Below are positions 63,985 to 64,000 of a stretch of 64,000 nucleotides of DNA, piece by piece. How positions within the stretch are numbered: the first letter of the stretch is position 1; each line of letters opens with the position of its first letter. A program made the translations under genes and the position numbers. The notes beneath the pieces are model-generated. The model made no database searches. It was not told where the DNA came from and saw only the letters and a list, made by a program, of their open reading frames with translations. Where the stretch lies: NCBI GenBank assembly GCA_963825055.1, contig CAWGSK010000012.1:623056-687055 (forward strand), read 5' to 3'. The stretch is from an uncultured Gemmatimonadales bacterium (GTDB lineage: Bacteria > Gemmatimonadota > Gemmatimonadetes > Gemmatimonadales > GWC2-71-9).

Positions 63985-64000
63985 TCTCGATTCGTTTCGT

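Larger units (their letters stand above)
59083..64000. mobile_element. Probable genomic island integrated at gatB (left part only)
   Basis: Starts at the gatB fragment; from about 59450 visibly more A/T-ending codons, strand switch and no heptamer arrays; no integrase seen in the window. Confidence 0.6.

Overview
High-GC bacterial chromosome segment; gene content and order suggest Gemmatimonadota (inference). Almost all genes are on the minus strand. 1-7.5 kb: glycogen/trehalose genes (treS partial, glgE, in-frame treY-glgX). 7.6-13.4 kb: DUF4956 / SdiA-regulated / metallophosphoesterase / Omp85 operon. 13.5-49.8 kb: housekeeping and envelope genes (nhaA, msrA, tRNA-Pro, rdgB, rph, lptE-like, WD40-Omp85, lpxH, murI, tRNA-Sec, fhs, tatD, secDF, ribF, truB, rbfA, infB, nusA, rimP, pgeF, murA). 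49.9-59 kb: small accessory genes separated by mosaic repeat spacers. At 58972-59082 an orphan 3' end of gatB marks the left edge of a compositionally distinct island that runs off the window. The island encodes the most interesting system: a monodomain class II terpene-cyclase-like protein, two paralogous precursor-like proteins with long leaders and Thr/Ser/Asp/Trp-rich tails, an MvdC/D-type ATP-grasp ligase and a probable ABBA-type prenyltransferase, i.e. a candidate graspetide-terpenoid hybrid RiPP pathway. Second theme: 7-9 nt tandem arrays of varying sequence, often in inverted pairs, that start at and supply gene stop codons; one pair encloses a four-helix-bundle gene. Several single-base frameshifts may be assembly errors. 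All calls are from reading motifs; no searches were run.
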